Source of the DNA: Octopus bimaculoides
Lineage: Eukaryota
Direction of reading: 5' to 3'
Assembly: GCF_001194135.2 (NCBI RefSeq)
Contig: NC_068986.1
Coordinates: 47,288,916 to 47,346,829, forward strand
Length of the DNA: 57,914 nt
Position 1 is the first letter of the stretch. The number at the start of each line of letters is the position of its first letter. The notes under the pieces were generated by a model, which had not been told where the DNA came from, ran no database searches, and saw only the letters and a list, made by a program, of their open reading frames with translations. Positions 25,806 through 39,900 of the stretch are shown here, one piece after another. The position numbers were made by a program, and so were the translations under genes.

Positions 25806-28800
25806 TGAATTTATTTGTTTATTTATTTAATCTATTTATTTTTGTCTAAAAGGAATCATACTTCAGTCCTAAAAATTCTCAACATGTCTGAAATGAAGAG
25901 TGATGATGGTGGTAGTATTGGTGGTGGTGGTGTTGGTGGTTATAGTAGTAGTGGTGGCAGCAGCAGCAGTGGCAGTAGCAGTGGCAGCGGTGGTGGTGTT
26001 GGTGGTGGTGGTTATAGAAGTGGTGGTGGTGATGGGAAAGAAGAAAGTAGCAACTTGAATATCAACTGTACAATGACATATTGGATTTATAGGTTACTCC
26101 CAAATGTGAGTTCAGTCACCTCTGTGTCATAGGTCTTATCCAGCAGGGTTGATTGGCAAGGCCCATCTTCAACAACAACAACAAAAGTAATGGCAAACAA
26201 CACTAATGATGACAGTGCTGATGATGATGGCAAGAAAGGTGAAAAACAACTGCAGCAGGAGTTGTAGTAGTAGCATCAACAGCAACAGCAGCGATAACAG
26301 CAGGCTGTAGCTTCTATAACAATAAATCCTGTCAGTGAGTGAGTGACCCCCCTACTGTGATAGTAAAGGGGAATAAGACAATATAAGGCATGAAAGAAAG
26401 AAAATATTTGGAGCTATTTATTGTGAAATAACTTTTACCTTTAGAAAACAATTTAAGCAGTCTTTTATATACGATTTCAATTTTAAAAAGTTAAATATTT
26501 TATTCCATTTGTCACTAAATGAAGTTTAAGTATTGCAGTTTAACACATCGTTGCTTAAATATTTAAATTTCAAAATGTTATCATGACAAAATTTTCTGAT
26601 ATTTTATCAGCTTTCAACACTAAACAAACCATCAAGATTTGACCATCTGTTTCTCTATTTCAATGAAGCTGTTTATACAGCCAGCTCTGAGGGGGTCAAG
26701 TGTCATCACTAATTATGGCTCCCTGTTATCCATTAACGAAATATTATCTTACATTCATACTGCAATGATAATCAATTTCTTTTCGAACATTGTTGTACTG
26801 AGCAGATTAACTGAATTTACATTCTGTATAACACATCAATCTACTTCTTTAGACAGGGCTTACAAAGTTGTTGGCATTATTATGAAGGTGGTTGGTGGAG
26901 TGGTAGAAGCATTAGAGTGTTGGACAGAGTGTCTTGAGCTATTTGTTTCAGTTTTTCACATTCTGAGGTCAATGACGGCCATGTTTCACTTTCCTTTCAA
27001 ACTTTCTGGGTTTAAGAATATACGGTACCAGTCAAATATTGGGGTTGATAAAATCGATTATAGACCTTCTCCAAATTTGAGTCATTGTGTCTATGTGAGA
27101 AATCAATATGGGAGAAACTGATGAGCTAGAGATTTTCCAAGTCTCATTCATTATTGATGGTATAAAACGTACATTTTCAAGCTCCACAATTTATTAACCG
27201 TAACAGTTTATGTACACACCCACACTCATACATACATTGCATGTCTGTCTGTCTGTCTGTCTGTCTGTATGTATGTATGTATGTATGTGAATGTATGTAT
27301 GCATGTATGCGTGCATGCAGGAAAGAAGGAATTTATATATACATTAACTTCACATATCCAGCTATCAGACTGTGTTTGGTGTTTAGAATGTTGGCACATG
27401 TGCAAATAATATTCCTAGGAAATCACGACCTACTACTATATTAGCCAATTACCTTTTACTCTCACCTAGCAGCAAACAAGCTGGCACTTCTATGGCATTA
27501 ATGTTTGTAAAACTGTCTGCCAGAGCTTTTCCTTCTTTATGATTCCTTTATAAAGTGAACTACACATGAATGCTTTTCTTCCAGTCTGTGACCTCCAAGT
27601 TGAAAGGCACTACTTTAGACTATAATCTAATACCCTACAAATTTTTATTTCCTAATCCAGCAAAAATCCAGTTAATTAAACAAGATAAAACTGTTAGTTA
27701 AGAACTAAAATAGTAAATCATTTTAATAATTTTCAATATCTCCAATTGTTTTACTACATTCTCTCTCAGTAGCATCTTTGCTTTGTGACATTTTTACAGC
27801 AAGTGTAAACAGAATTTTCAGTGCTAGCTACTAAAATACATTAGAAATCCGAATATATCTTAATAAACCTTCCAACACTAAAACTTTTAAGATATGGAAA
27901 CTTTATTATCAGAAGTAATCAGAGTCACAAAGAAAGACAGTTGTATGCGTAAGCATAATCTAGTATAGTAGTTATGGAATGACAAACTGGATGGAGAAGA
28001 AGGAAAGAGAGCCTTCAATTTTGATAATTTGTAGTCATTTTGGTCTAAGATTTCTGAAGACTGATTGAAAGTATTAGGAATTAGTTTGATGCAAACTTGC
28101 CATCTAATTATGGCACTGCTGAGCTGGCATGTTATTGCTACCATAAGTAGCATGGTTTATCTTTTACTAATTGGTTTACAATCAGTGTATCTAATAGACC
28201 AATGTGTTCTCACTATCACAGGCCACAAATTGCCAACCAAACATTTTTAAATTGAAATATTTCCCTGCTAAATTCAATTGGTCTTTGCTGCTGTATCTAT
28301 CATAACGTTTTCCCTTTTGTTATTCATGACCTTCTTGTTTTTCTAGCACCCTCTTCCTCTTTCCACAATCTACCTGCTTTGCATTGCAAGAGGACTTTAT
28401 TCAAACACCATGCCCTCCCCGCTTTGCTGCATTAAGCTGTCTGCTGCCAAGTCTAAAATTGCATTATTCAATAATCTACATGAGCATCAGTGTCACATTT
28501 GTATGTTGAAACATTCTATCTGAGCACATGTTTGTGAGTAAATGAACCAACTTGGGTGTCACTCAAACAAAAACATTCCTCAAATCAGAGCACAAAATGA
28601 ATATATGTTGATTACAAGTATTCAGTTCCAGCATATACAACTAAAGAGTCAATAGATATGCAAATACTACTGTGGGTCTCTTCCTCTTCTCTTTTGACTG
28701 TAACACTAAAATAAAGCTAGTAGTGTATTTATTAGAAGACAACAGCAACTTTAGAAGGATACATGCAACGTCAATATTAATGGAAGCAAATAAATATGAA

Positions 28801-29583
28801 TTAATTTATTTAGTTTCTATGAATCTACTTCTTTTAAACTTTTATAAAGTTTTTTTTTTTTCCTTTTGTGGTTTTTAAAGTGGCTTTTCAAAGTATTTAT
28901 ATTCAGATTTAAATATCTATATATTAAAAATATAACAATGCAGAAACTAAGGAAACATAGTTGACAGCTATGTTGAGAATATAAAAATCTTTTAAACAAT
29001 GGATTGCAAAATTAATTTAAGTCATTGCTGGAAGATAATTAAAGACACACAGGAAATGTTTAGAAGTAATAGTCAATAATTAGATTTCCATATGACAAAT
29101 GTTTAAAAAATATATATTAAAAAGAAAGAAAAAAAATTCTCTTAAAAGGTATGATTAATTATTAAAGTAAAAATTGTTTATATTAAATAATATGAAATCA
29201 ATAGGGAAAATATTTATCAAGTAAAGGTTTGAATATAGATATCATGCTTTATTTGTTCAATAACTTTCATATAGAGGAATATATATCTAATCCATGAAAT
29301 ATACAAAGTAAAATGGATTTGAGTCATAAAGCCAAATGCATAAAGGGCTGAACATGAAAAGACCAAATTTCAAATGACTAAAACATCAGTATATTTAAAG
29401 TATGAAAGCTCAAAAAATGCAGTATACCAAATGTCATTAGGTCAACATCTCAAAACTCTGAGTTTTGAAATATTTAGTTTTGAAATAACATTTAGTTTTG
29501 AAAAGGAGTAAGTTTGAGAAACATTATAGCATTCTTAAAAAGAAATTAAAAGTACATTGTAAGGGTATGATGCTGATGATATA

Positions 29584-30798
29584 CAGGGTGCAATGGGTGA
29601 ATTGTTGCCATTTTATATTCTTAATTTTGTACATGTGCATTGTTTGTTTTTAATTTTGTTGACTACACAATATAACAGAGTCTGTGAGAAAGACAGCACC
29701 ATGATGCAATTCACTCTGTCAGAAATTTGGAAACGACATGCTGCACTGCTTGGCATTTGCACTGGAAGCTCCAGTATGGACATTTCAGAGTGTTTGGGTG
29801 TCAATCTGAGGACAGTGCAGAAGATTTGGAAAGAGCTGGATGAGTCTAATGGTAATTACGAAGGTATGGCAGCTTGGAAAACTCACTCTGATCGTTCTGA
29901 TAAGAAAAGAACTCCTGAATTTGTTGGTGAGATCCAGGCCATGATTGACAACGATTCTTCCAAGTCAATCAGGTCCATTGCCAGGGACATGGGAGTGTCT
30001 GACTTTCTTATCAAGCAGGTAGTGCATGAAAACATTCAGAATTCTTCATACAAGATGAGAAAGGGCCAATTTTTATCCTAAGCCATGAAAGTCAAGAGGA
30101 AAGACCATGCTACAAAACTTTTGAACAAACTCAAGCATCCCTTCCAACCGAACATGCCTTGGTTTTTCTCTGGCTTGTCATGTCCCCCAAACATGTGCTG
30201 AGAAGGATAAAAATCAAACATCCAGTCAACATCATGGTGTTTGGAGTGATCACTAGTGATGGCGAAGTTATGCCTCCACTCATCTTCCAAAACAGCCTCA
30301 GACTTGACACGGAGGCCTACATCAAGTGCCTGGAGGAGGTAGTGCTGCCCTGGATCAAGAGGGTGGCTGCTTGAAGACCCTATGTCTGGCAACAGGACTC
30401 TGCACCATGCCACACAAGAAGGAGAACCCAGTCATGACTGTCAGACAATTTCTGCGACTACATCACCCTCACATCTAGCCACCTAACTCCCCAAACTGCA
30501 ATTCCCTTGATTATTATGTGTGGTGTGCAGTTGAGTGAGAGACCAACAAAATTCCTTGTAGCGTCAAAGAGGAACTGAAGGCAAGGATTATGGCAACATT
30601 CACTAATTTAAAGAAGGAGACCACCGAAGAGTTGCAGGAGATTCCAAAGTCATCTGGAGGCCATGGTTGAAGCCAACAGTGATTTTATTGAAATATTTTA
30701 CTCTTTAGTATTACAAGATACTTTTATGTAATTTTGGTATATATATATATCTGTTAAAATGAGATGTCAGTGTTATTTTCATTTTTCACTGCAGCCTA
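29584..30798 (+). mobile_element. Decayed Tc1/mariner transposon, DD37D (maT) type, TA flanks
   Basis: HTH region (29701-30081), then KHPVNIMVFGVITSDG, YVWQQDSAPCHT and (W)PPNSPNCNSLDYYVW. There are 37 residues between the second and third Asp (30396, 30509) once a 1-nt deletion is allowed. Several stops are present. Terminal 12-mers match 9/12 as inverted repeats. Confidence 0.9.
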
Positions 30799-32273
30799 TA
30801 TACATGAATACTTTATTAGTTTTTTTTTATCAAATATTTCTGTTCTTTAAACTCTCTACTTATTGTATTTTTTTCAATACAAATATAATAAACATAATGA
30901 ATAGCAAAAATATGCCAAAATTTGATTGAGCAAAATTAGGCTCATGCTTTTGTTTCTCTCCCTTTGCCACAACTTTTTCAATCTATAATGACAATATTCA
31001 AACATCAGTCTTTTGATTATTTGGGAAAATTTTGTTTGTATTCAAAGAAAAGAAAGAAAATATTCTGCAACAAGAAAGTTTGTAAAATGGAAATAAATGA
31101 TAAATAAACTGCTTAAGTTTTCATTTGTCTTCAATACTGAATTCTTGTAAAACGATCTTTAAGTTTTCCATTTTGTGTCTCAAATAAAGTCACCTTTAAA
31201 ATAGTAAATATATGTATTTTAAGACTGGTTTTCTCACTATTTTTCATTGAAATTTTCGTTTGCTGTTATGTTCTGAGTTCTAATTCTGCTGAGGCCGACT
31301 TTGCCTTTCATCCTTTTGGGGTCAATAAATTAAGTACCATTTGAGTACTAGGGGGTCGATGTAATTGACTTGCCCCTTCCCCCAAAATTTCAGGCCTTGT
31401 GCCCATAATAGAAAGGATTATTTTTNNNNNNNNNNNNNNNNNNNNNNNNNNNNNNNNNNNNNNNNNNNNNNNNNNNNNNNNNNNNNNNNNNNNNNNNNNN
31501 NNNNNNNNNNNNNNNNNNNNNNNNNNNNNNNNNNNNNNNNNNNNNNNNNNNNNNNNNNNNNNNNNNNNNNNNNNNNNNNNNNNNNNNNNNNNNNNNNNNN
31601 NNNNNNNNNNNNNNNNNNNNNNNNNNNNNNNNNNNNNNNNNNNNNNNNNNNNNNNNNNNNNNNNNNNNNNNNNNNNNNNNNNNNNNNNNNNNNNNNNNNN
31701 NNNNNNNNNNNNNNNNNNNNNNNNNNNNNNNNNNNNNNNNNNNNNNNNNNNNNNNNNNNNNNNNNNNNNNNNNNNNNNNNNNNNNNNNNNNNNNNNNNNN
31801 NNNNNNNNNNNNNNNNNNNNNNNNNNNNNNNNNNNNNNNNNNNNNNNNNNNNNNNNNNNNNNNNNNNNNNNNNNNNNNNNNNNNNNNNNNNNNNNNNNNN
31901 NNNNNNNNNNNNNNNNNNNNNNNNNNNNNNNNNNNNNNNNNNNNNNNNNNNNNNNNNNNNNNNNNNNNNNNNNNNNNNNNNNNNNNNNNNNNNNNNNNNN
32001 NNNNNNNNNNNNNNNNNNNNNNNNNNNNNNNNNNNNNNNNNNNNNNNNNNNNNNGAATTTATATTATTTTTGGTAGAGTAAATTATTGTCCTAATACAGT
32101 GTTATATTTGGGAATTAATTTGTCAATGATTCTTAGATTCTCTTGAAACTCTTGTTTAAGAGATATAAAATATATTTTCAATTGATAATCCATTTCTATT
32201 GAATATTACAACCCATCATAAGTTATAAATTACGGGTCATTGTGCCAATGAGGAACCTATTTGAAGCTGCTTA

Positions 32274-32449
32274 CTCCTTCAGAAATAGTAGCCAAATCTC
32301 TCTCAAATTGCATCTTGCTTTCTATGAAAAATAAATGGATACATTGGACAGTATAGTGCTAGATGCACAAAGAGATGGGATGGTCAAGGATGGAACACCT
32401 TCATCAAATGCGTGCTCAGTAGGGATTGGCCTGGGGCTAAACAACAACG
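32274..32449 (+). mobile_element. SINE/LINE 3'-tail family E (ggggctaaacaacaac end)
   Basis: The motifs agaaatagcagccaaat...ggatggtca...ggggctaaacaac recur at ~8530-9000 (-), 23130-23165, 33960-34060 (-), 37540-37750, 53090-53230 and 55480-55525. Confidence 0.6.
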
Positions 32450-32695
32450 TTTATGGTTTCTGACTTTTGTATGATAAAATGTCTTAAAATTTTGAAATTA
32501 AAACATTTCAAATAGGTAAGAAGTTTGCTTTGTAATTTATGATGTTGGTCTCATTCCACTGTGCAGCATCTTGTCTTCTGTTAGTTTTCTGCTATAACAC
32601 TCAAGCTGACTAAAGCCTTGTGAGTAAATTTGGTAGCTAGAAACTGTGTGGAAGCCCATCACACACACACACACACACACACACACGCATATATA

Positions 32696-32982
32696 TCATC
32701 ATCATCATCGTTTAACGTCTGCTTTCCATGCTAGCATGGGTTGGACGATTTGACTGAGGACTGGTGAACCAGATGGCTACACCAGGCTCCAATCTGATTT
32801 GGCAGAGTTTCTACAGCTGGATGCCTTTCCTAATGCCAACCACTCCGAGAGTATAGTGGGTGCTTTTACGTGCCACCGGCACAAAGGCCAGTCAGGAGGT
32901 ACTGGCAACGGCCATGCTCGAAATGGTGTATTTTATGTGCCACCTGCACAGGAGCCAGTCCAGCGGTACTGGCAACAAACTC
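32696..32982 (-). mobile_element. SINE family B
   Basis: High-similarity reverse complement of 44080-44360. Confidence 0.85.
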
Positions 32983-33158
32983 ACTATGTCATAAATGACG
33001 GAGAAATGATTTAATAAAATTTTATTTAACAATACGAAAATCCTAATATCATGACAAATTGTTTTGTAAATAATTTATATTAATGCAAAGTGCAAAAAAT
33101 CCTTCAAAATAATGCAGAATTTAAGCTATGTATGTCAAGTGTTCAGCTTTATTTCAAG

Positions 33159-33238
33159 ATTTTTTGCCAATAGAGAAAAAGCCGGTTTCTAACCTAGATC
33201 CAAGACTCCCTCATTGGAATTTCAACGTCAACAACATG
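33159..33238 (+). other. Candidate exon (80 nt) ending in ATG
   Basis: Acceptor gctttatttcaag and donor ATG|gtatgt. A single frame is open (DFLPIEKKPVSNLDPRLPHWNFNVNNM). Confidence 0.25.
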
Positions 33239-34094
33239 GTATGTATGTGTGTATGTATATGTGGAAATTTGTATGTTTTGCTTTATGTATGTATTCTCAT
33301 GCATATAGTTGCCTATCTAGATATGCTCATATATATTTAAATGCTAAACTTCTGGAAAGTTTTACAGATTTTTACAGTTTATGTATGTATGAATGCATAC
33401 ATGAATACACACACACACACGCATGTGTGTGTGTGTGAATTTGTGTATATGTGTGCCCTCTCTACTGCTTGACAATTGGTGTTAGTTTGTTTATGTCCCT
33501 ATAACTTAGCAGTTTGGCAATGAAAACAATAGAATAAATACCAGACCTAAAAAAAAAATCATTTGGGTCAATTTGATTAAATCCCAGCATAACCACAGCC
33601 CAATGATTGAAACATGTAAAAAATAAGACATAAAGATGATTTTATAAATCCATCCTCAGTATATGGAGATTGGGATGCATATGTTGCTTATCATCAAATT
33701 TAATTAACATAGAATCAATCAATCTCTTCTGAGATCAGTCATGATTACTAATATAAATCAGGTTGTGGAGGAAGAGGAAGGATACAGCCAATGACATCTA
33801 CCCAGTATTTGATTTTTACTTTACTTAAACAATTCTCATAATATCAAGTTAACTCTTTTGGAATTTGAACACAGAATGTAATTCTAACAACTCACTTGCA
33901 CCCTACTAGAACCAAACTGCTATTATTATCATTTGTGACATACAAGAGTAGTTGCCAAAGTTATCGTTGTCTTTGTTTAGCCCTAGGCCAGACCTGATTG
34001 ACCAAGTCAATAATCAAAGGGTATTTAAGCCTAATCGTCCCGGCTACTTTTAAAGCAAAGTATGTCCTTTCTTTTCTAAAATAGAATTTTTAAA

Positions 34095-34435
34095 ATTCTT
34101 TTACTTGTTTCAGTCATTAGATTACAGCCATAATGGGGCATCACCCTAAAGAATTTTAGTTGAATAAATTAACCCCAGGACTTTTTTTTTAAGCCTGATA
34201 CTTATGCTGTCAGTCTTTTTTGTTGAATCGCTAGGTTAAAAGGACATAAACAAACCAACACTGGTTGTTAAGTGGTGGTGGAGTACAAACACAAACACAT
34301 GCACATGCACACACACACAATGGGTTTTTTTCAGTTACCATCTACCAAATCCACTCACAAGGCTTTGATCAGTGGGACTGAACTCAGCACCATGTTGTTG
34401 GGAAGCAAACTTCTTACTACTTAGCCACTCCTATG
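34095..34435 (-). mobile_element. SINE family A with internal deletion
   Basis: Family A motifs, with the segment between cacaaggctttg and cagtgggactgaa missing. Confidence 0.78.
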
Positions 34436-36428
34436 TGATTTGTGAGAGATTTGGTTGCTATTTCTAACAGATCAAACAATTGTATTGAGTCTCCCTTGTT
34501 ATCAAAGAGTTCAATACTGATCAAATTCTATGCCATCACAATGACATCAAAATCCAAGTTATTTATCTGAAAGTAACTTTTACCTGTATTTGTTGTAGAT
34601 TGTCAGTGTTAATAATAATCAAAGCAAACTAGCACATGGGACTAAATATATTGTTCTAGGAAATTTTACCCTTCTCAGTAAATTGCAATGAAGTTAACTT
34701 TGTATTTAACCCCTTCTGGTGTGATAAATTAACTGACAGGCTCTATACAATTAGCTATATAAATTCTTTTAACAAATGGACCTATGTTTATGTAAGGTAA
34801 TCAATGCTTATAGGAGGATATAATCAAATGGTAGAGCATGAAGCTTATAATGTTTGGATCAATTCCTCTACATTTTGAGTTCAGATCTTGCTAGAGATGA
34901 TTTTGCTTTTTATGTACCTTTGGATAATGAGATAAATGCAAGTAATAAACTGGGAAAGGTAGTGAATTGGTAGAGTAGTTAGAAAATGGAATAAAATTTG
35001 GGTGGTATTTATTCTAGTTCTTTGCACTCTGAGTACAAATCCCACTCATAATCAATTTTGCCATTTAATAAATAAAGCACCAGTCAAGTACTGGGGTTAT
35101 TGCTTCTCTCTCTCTCCTTCTCTCTTTTTCTCTGCTTCCTGCTTTCTCTCTCTCTCCTTCTCTCTGCTTCCTGCTTTCTCTCTTTCTTCCCCTTTCCCTA
35201 TCTCTTCTTCATCCTCTCTTTCCATGTCTCCTTCCTCTCTTCTCTTTCATTCTTTCTCTCTCAAAATTTGCTATAGTTGACAAGATAGTGCCTTGTATCT
35301 TGTAAAAAAAAAATGTAGGAAACCACTAGTTTTATACCTTAAAGGTACCTTGAGAAACACATAGTGATGGCTAAGATTGTGACTTGGGATCATTGGGTCA
35401 TTCCTGAACTTGATCATGCAAAGGAGAAAGGAATTAACTAAGTTCAATTGAATAAGCTTATACTCCACTATAAATTTGTGATGTAAAACAAAAATCTTTA
35501 CTTATGAGTGTATAATGTCGATATTTTGACCATAATGCCTGTCTATCAATTGCTTGAACATTATGACCTGATCATGCATTATAACTGTTAACAAACTATT
35601 CTATTCTGAACAGTCACTATCATTGTTTGTAGATTGTAAAACTAATTTTTTTTTTTACTTGTTCATAATTTTTTTTTTTTTTACTTATGTACTCTTTTCT
35701 TCTGCTCCTTAGAATTTGCAACAACATACCTGCATACTACACCTTTTATCTAATCAACAAGAAAGCACCGAAAATGGAGATTCCGCTCCATCAAACAAAC
35801 AGAACGTAACACTTTTAAAAGTGAAAATTTGTTCCTCTGACAGTGCAAATATTTTCTTACAACTAAAAGTGGAACTAACTGTGCTGTTAGAGAAAAAAAA
35901 TCCTTTAACACTGTTTAAATGAAACCTTCAACACCTCTTGGAGTATTAAACATGTCTTATTAACAAAAGAAGAAGCTGAATATTCTACATTTCTAAATGC
36001 AGAAGATATTCCAAAACTGAAGAATCTGTCGTGTTTATAAATGCTGAACACTGAAGGATTTCATGGCTCTAAACAACTACCTTAATTCTAAATATTTGGT
36101 ATATGTTCTTTTATAATTTTATCTTAGGTAACACTATTTTCTCAAACATCTTTTTTGTTCAAGAGACAAAAAAGAAAAAAATCTTTTGTTCAGAACACAG
36201 AAATGAAATTGCAAAACATGAAAATATTAACAATGATACTGAGTCAGTTTTTATAAATATTTCCCAATGAGAACTCTTTAAACTTGCAAAAGAATAACAT
36301 AAAAAAGAAGAATCCACCCATAAATATAGCAAAAAAAAAAAATGCAAAATTACAAACAAAATATATTGGTTAAAGAAAATCAATGTTGCATTTAAATGTT
36401 ATTTCTGTTTCTTTTTTTAAAGTTCTAG

Positions 36429-36558
36429 ACACATCTGCAATGAATACCTTACTGTAATCCAGTTGCTGCTGCTGCTGCTGCTAATATTGTCACTGCTGCA
36501 ATACTAATGGCGGCAAAAACGCCATGTTCAGTCAGATTTTTAGGGTTCATTTTCATTA
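36429..36558 (+). other. Candidate exon (130 nt), closed in all frames, so UTR or non-coding if real
   Basis: Acceptor tttcttttttaaagttctag and donor TTA|gtgagt. Each frame has a stop. An internal ATG lies at 36507. Confidence 0.35.
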
Positions 36559-36887
36559 GTGAGTACTTGTTCCTTAACTGATATAGACAACAGTGCTACA
36601 TCACTGTTGCAGTCTATTAACTCCAAACATCTTTTCCAAAACACCCAACACAAATTGACATGACAACATTAATTCTCATTTGTGTTAAAGAAAAAAAAAA
36701 AAGAAATAAAGAAAAGTCTTCATATATTTTTTTAAAAAATCAACTTCAAGAAAAATCTTTCTTTTTTTTTTACACACAATTTTTTCCTCTTCTATTATTT
36801 TCTCCCATTTTATTTTTATGTTACTTTTCTCAAGAGTTTTTTCTTACAAGTTATATACACATAAATACATACACAAATATATATCAA

Positions 36888-36928
<41 letters not shown>

Positions 36929-39900
36929 TTCAGTGTTGTTTTGATATATGGCCAGCCAAACTGATGCTCATTTGTCATTTAGACTGAACTTCCAAGATCT
37001 GTCAACAACCATTTTCTCTAGCATTAGTTCATTTTAATTGTTAGCTCCAGAATAATGTTACCATATCCATTTGTAACACCTAATCTATCCTCTGATGATG
37101 ATTGCCAACCACAAAATAAGGAAAGAATTTCTACAAATTTTCTCATCCATTAGGATATTTTGCAATCGTTATAACCACTGAATGACTTAAAACTAAAAAG
37201 AAATACATTTTAATTATCACTACAGAATCAGTTTTAGAGTAAAACACTCGGTTATAGAATTCTGGCTGTATATTTAATACAAATATACCATTTTGAATCC
37301 ACAATATTTTATAACAATTACAAACAAAATTTTCTTTTTGCTAAGCCAGTAAAACTGACAGAAACAGTAAAGTGCGAGATTAAAATAATCTTTGATATTT
37401 AGTTTTTATTTTGTAGATTCTGAATTCAAAATATTGCGATGATACACTCATGTTTTTTTTGCATTGTATTCATTAAGATCAATGAAAGTAAATGTCAGGG
37501 CTATACTTCTCAGCACATATGGATCAATATGGGAGCCTCTATGTGGTTGCTTAGCCTGCAAGAAATGGCAGCTAAATTTCTTTCAAAATAACACTGATAT
37601 TTTAATCAAGTAACAAAGACTGATGTGATATTAAATAGAATGTGCCCTAAAGAAAAAAATGAGATGGTCACAGATGGAATGCCTTTGAAAATAAGACTGC
37701 TTGACCAGAGCTGTGAGAGGCTAGGCAATTGCACAAACAACAACAACAACTGACCTAGTGCCTAGTCAGATGCAATCAATAATTTGGTCACTATTAATGC
37801 TTTGGAGTAGTCAGAAAACAGAATATTAATTACAATATTTTATTCTTTCCTCTAGTCTTGAGTTCAAATCCTATTGGGATGAAATTTATTTGCCATCATT
37901 CTGGTTGAGAAAATAAGTGCTAATGATGTAACTGTGCCAGTCTGAACAGCTATATTTTACATAGAAATATTGTGGTTAAAGAAAGAATCGAAAATTTAAC
38001 CCTCATTGACAGGATTTTTATAATAATTTTAATGTAACTTTTTCCTATACCATACTACTATGCTATACAAGTAAGTGGAAACTCATTACAAGGTAAGAGG
38101 ACAACAGGAGAAATCTTCAGAGGAAGAACTCCTTGAAGCAAGTGTTTCAGCCCTTTAGCTCCTGATACTCTAAGGGAGCTGGACCCATTGAGGTCATGCT
38201 ACATAAGTGCCCTTCTGCTGTTTTTGAAAGGCCACCTTTAGTAGAGATTCAACTCAGATTGAACTTTGAGAGATTTATTCCCCTGAACTGTGGTGTTTAT
38301 TGCTCAACCACAATAAATCTTACCCTGTGGTAAGATTTATTGATTCCTTTCTATTATATTTTGTGACTTGCAGTTTTCCTTTTCAGCTTCAGCCATGACT
38401 TCTGTACTAAACTATCTATACTATAATAAGTATATACTCATCTGAGTTTATCCCAATATATAATCAATGATTATTTTCATTGATGGTTAGAAGAATGAAA
38501 ATTAAGGATGACATAAGGATTTCATTATCCATTCATCTAAACGAGAAATATGTTTTTTTTCAACAATGTTTTATGATGCATGAAAGGAAATGACATTGCT
38601 AACTATTTTTACTGACAAACTTAAGACTTGATGAGGATGTTAGTGAAGTATTGTAAGACTGGCTAATATGGTAAATGCAAAGAAGAGGAAGAAGTAGGAG
38701 TACACTGATAGTAGCCATAACAACATACCATTAAAAAATATGATTGTAACAACATTAAATTGGATAACAGAATTTCCAGTCTCTTATTTAACTGAGCATG
38801 AACTATATGAAAGACTATTCTAATTACACATGCAGACATACACATATTTTATACATGTCTTAATGCTGCTAAATGAAATTCTATGTTTTGCAAAAAATTC
38901 TTTTATTTCTTAAAATTGTTCAGATTTTGCAATTACCCAAAACTCATGCCTCTTGCTCTCCCTCCCTCCCTCTAGTCAGCCAGTCAGCTAGCCAAATTTG
39001 TGTGTATGTGTGAGTGTGTGTGTGTCTGTGTGCATGTGTGTGTGTGCATGTGAGCATATAATATACAGTAGTAGTGTATCATACTTAAAGCAGATACAGC
39101 ATTGAAAGCTTAATTTATTGCGGTAATTGTCCAGAGATAGTATCTCTTATAGACATACAGTGTTAAAAAACAGAAATATATCAATAGCAGAAGAAGATCT
39201 TTCAGCAATGGTGGTAGCATTGTTAAATGCACATTTATGCTCTTTTGGATTTGTCAGTAGCAAGTATCCACTGCCAGCCGCATGCAAAAACAAAATCTGC
39301 TATAACTGATGTTGCAATTAGCTGGCTGGCTGAATAAAAGTTTATGTGTGACAGAAGCAGTATTAGTTTAAAATAGCAATTTGTATATCACACTTAAAAT
39401 AGATATATTTTGTGTGTATATGCACACACAGAAACACACACACACACACACACACACACNNNNNNNNNNNNNNNNNNNNNNNNNNNNNNNNNNNNNNNNN
39501 NNNNNNNNNNNNNNNNNNNNNNNNNNNNNNNNNNNNNNNNNNNNNNNNNNNNNNNNNNNTATATATATATATATACATAAGATAGTTGATCATCTACATC
39601 TCATTTTGAGTTCTATTTTCAGTGAATGTTTTTTTATATTTTTGATAATACTTGCACATAAACACACAAACAAACATGCACACACACACACACACTGACC
39701 CACACTGACCCACACACACAATCACAAATACAAACACTTACACACACACACGCTAACACACATTTACATACATGCATATATGTTTTATATATATGTATGT
39801 GACTTCATGTCTATGATAGTATATTGTCTCAAAGACATACATACATGAAATTAAAGAAGATGCAGAATGAAAAGGCTTTCAGTTGTGGATATTCCATCCT

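Noticed and set aside
25815-26132. Gly/Ser-rich 105-aa ORF
   Set aside because: Derived from GGT/AGC/AGT trinucleotide low-complexity sequence, with no splice or domain support.
26639-27121. 160-aa plus-strand ORF
   Set aside because: The second half is a decayed family C SINE, the start is TTG, and there is no recognisable motif.
35713-35922. Strong acceptor followed by a 68-aa ORF
   Set aside because: No donor or homology, and the composition resembles the flanking non-coding DNA. It is a possible terminal exon but unsupported.
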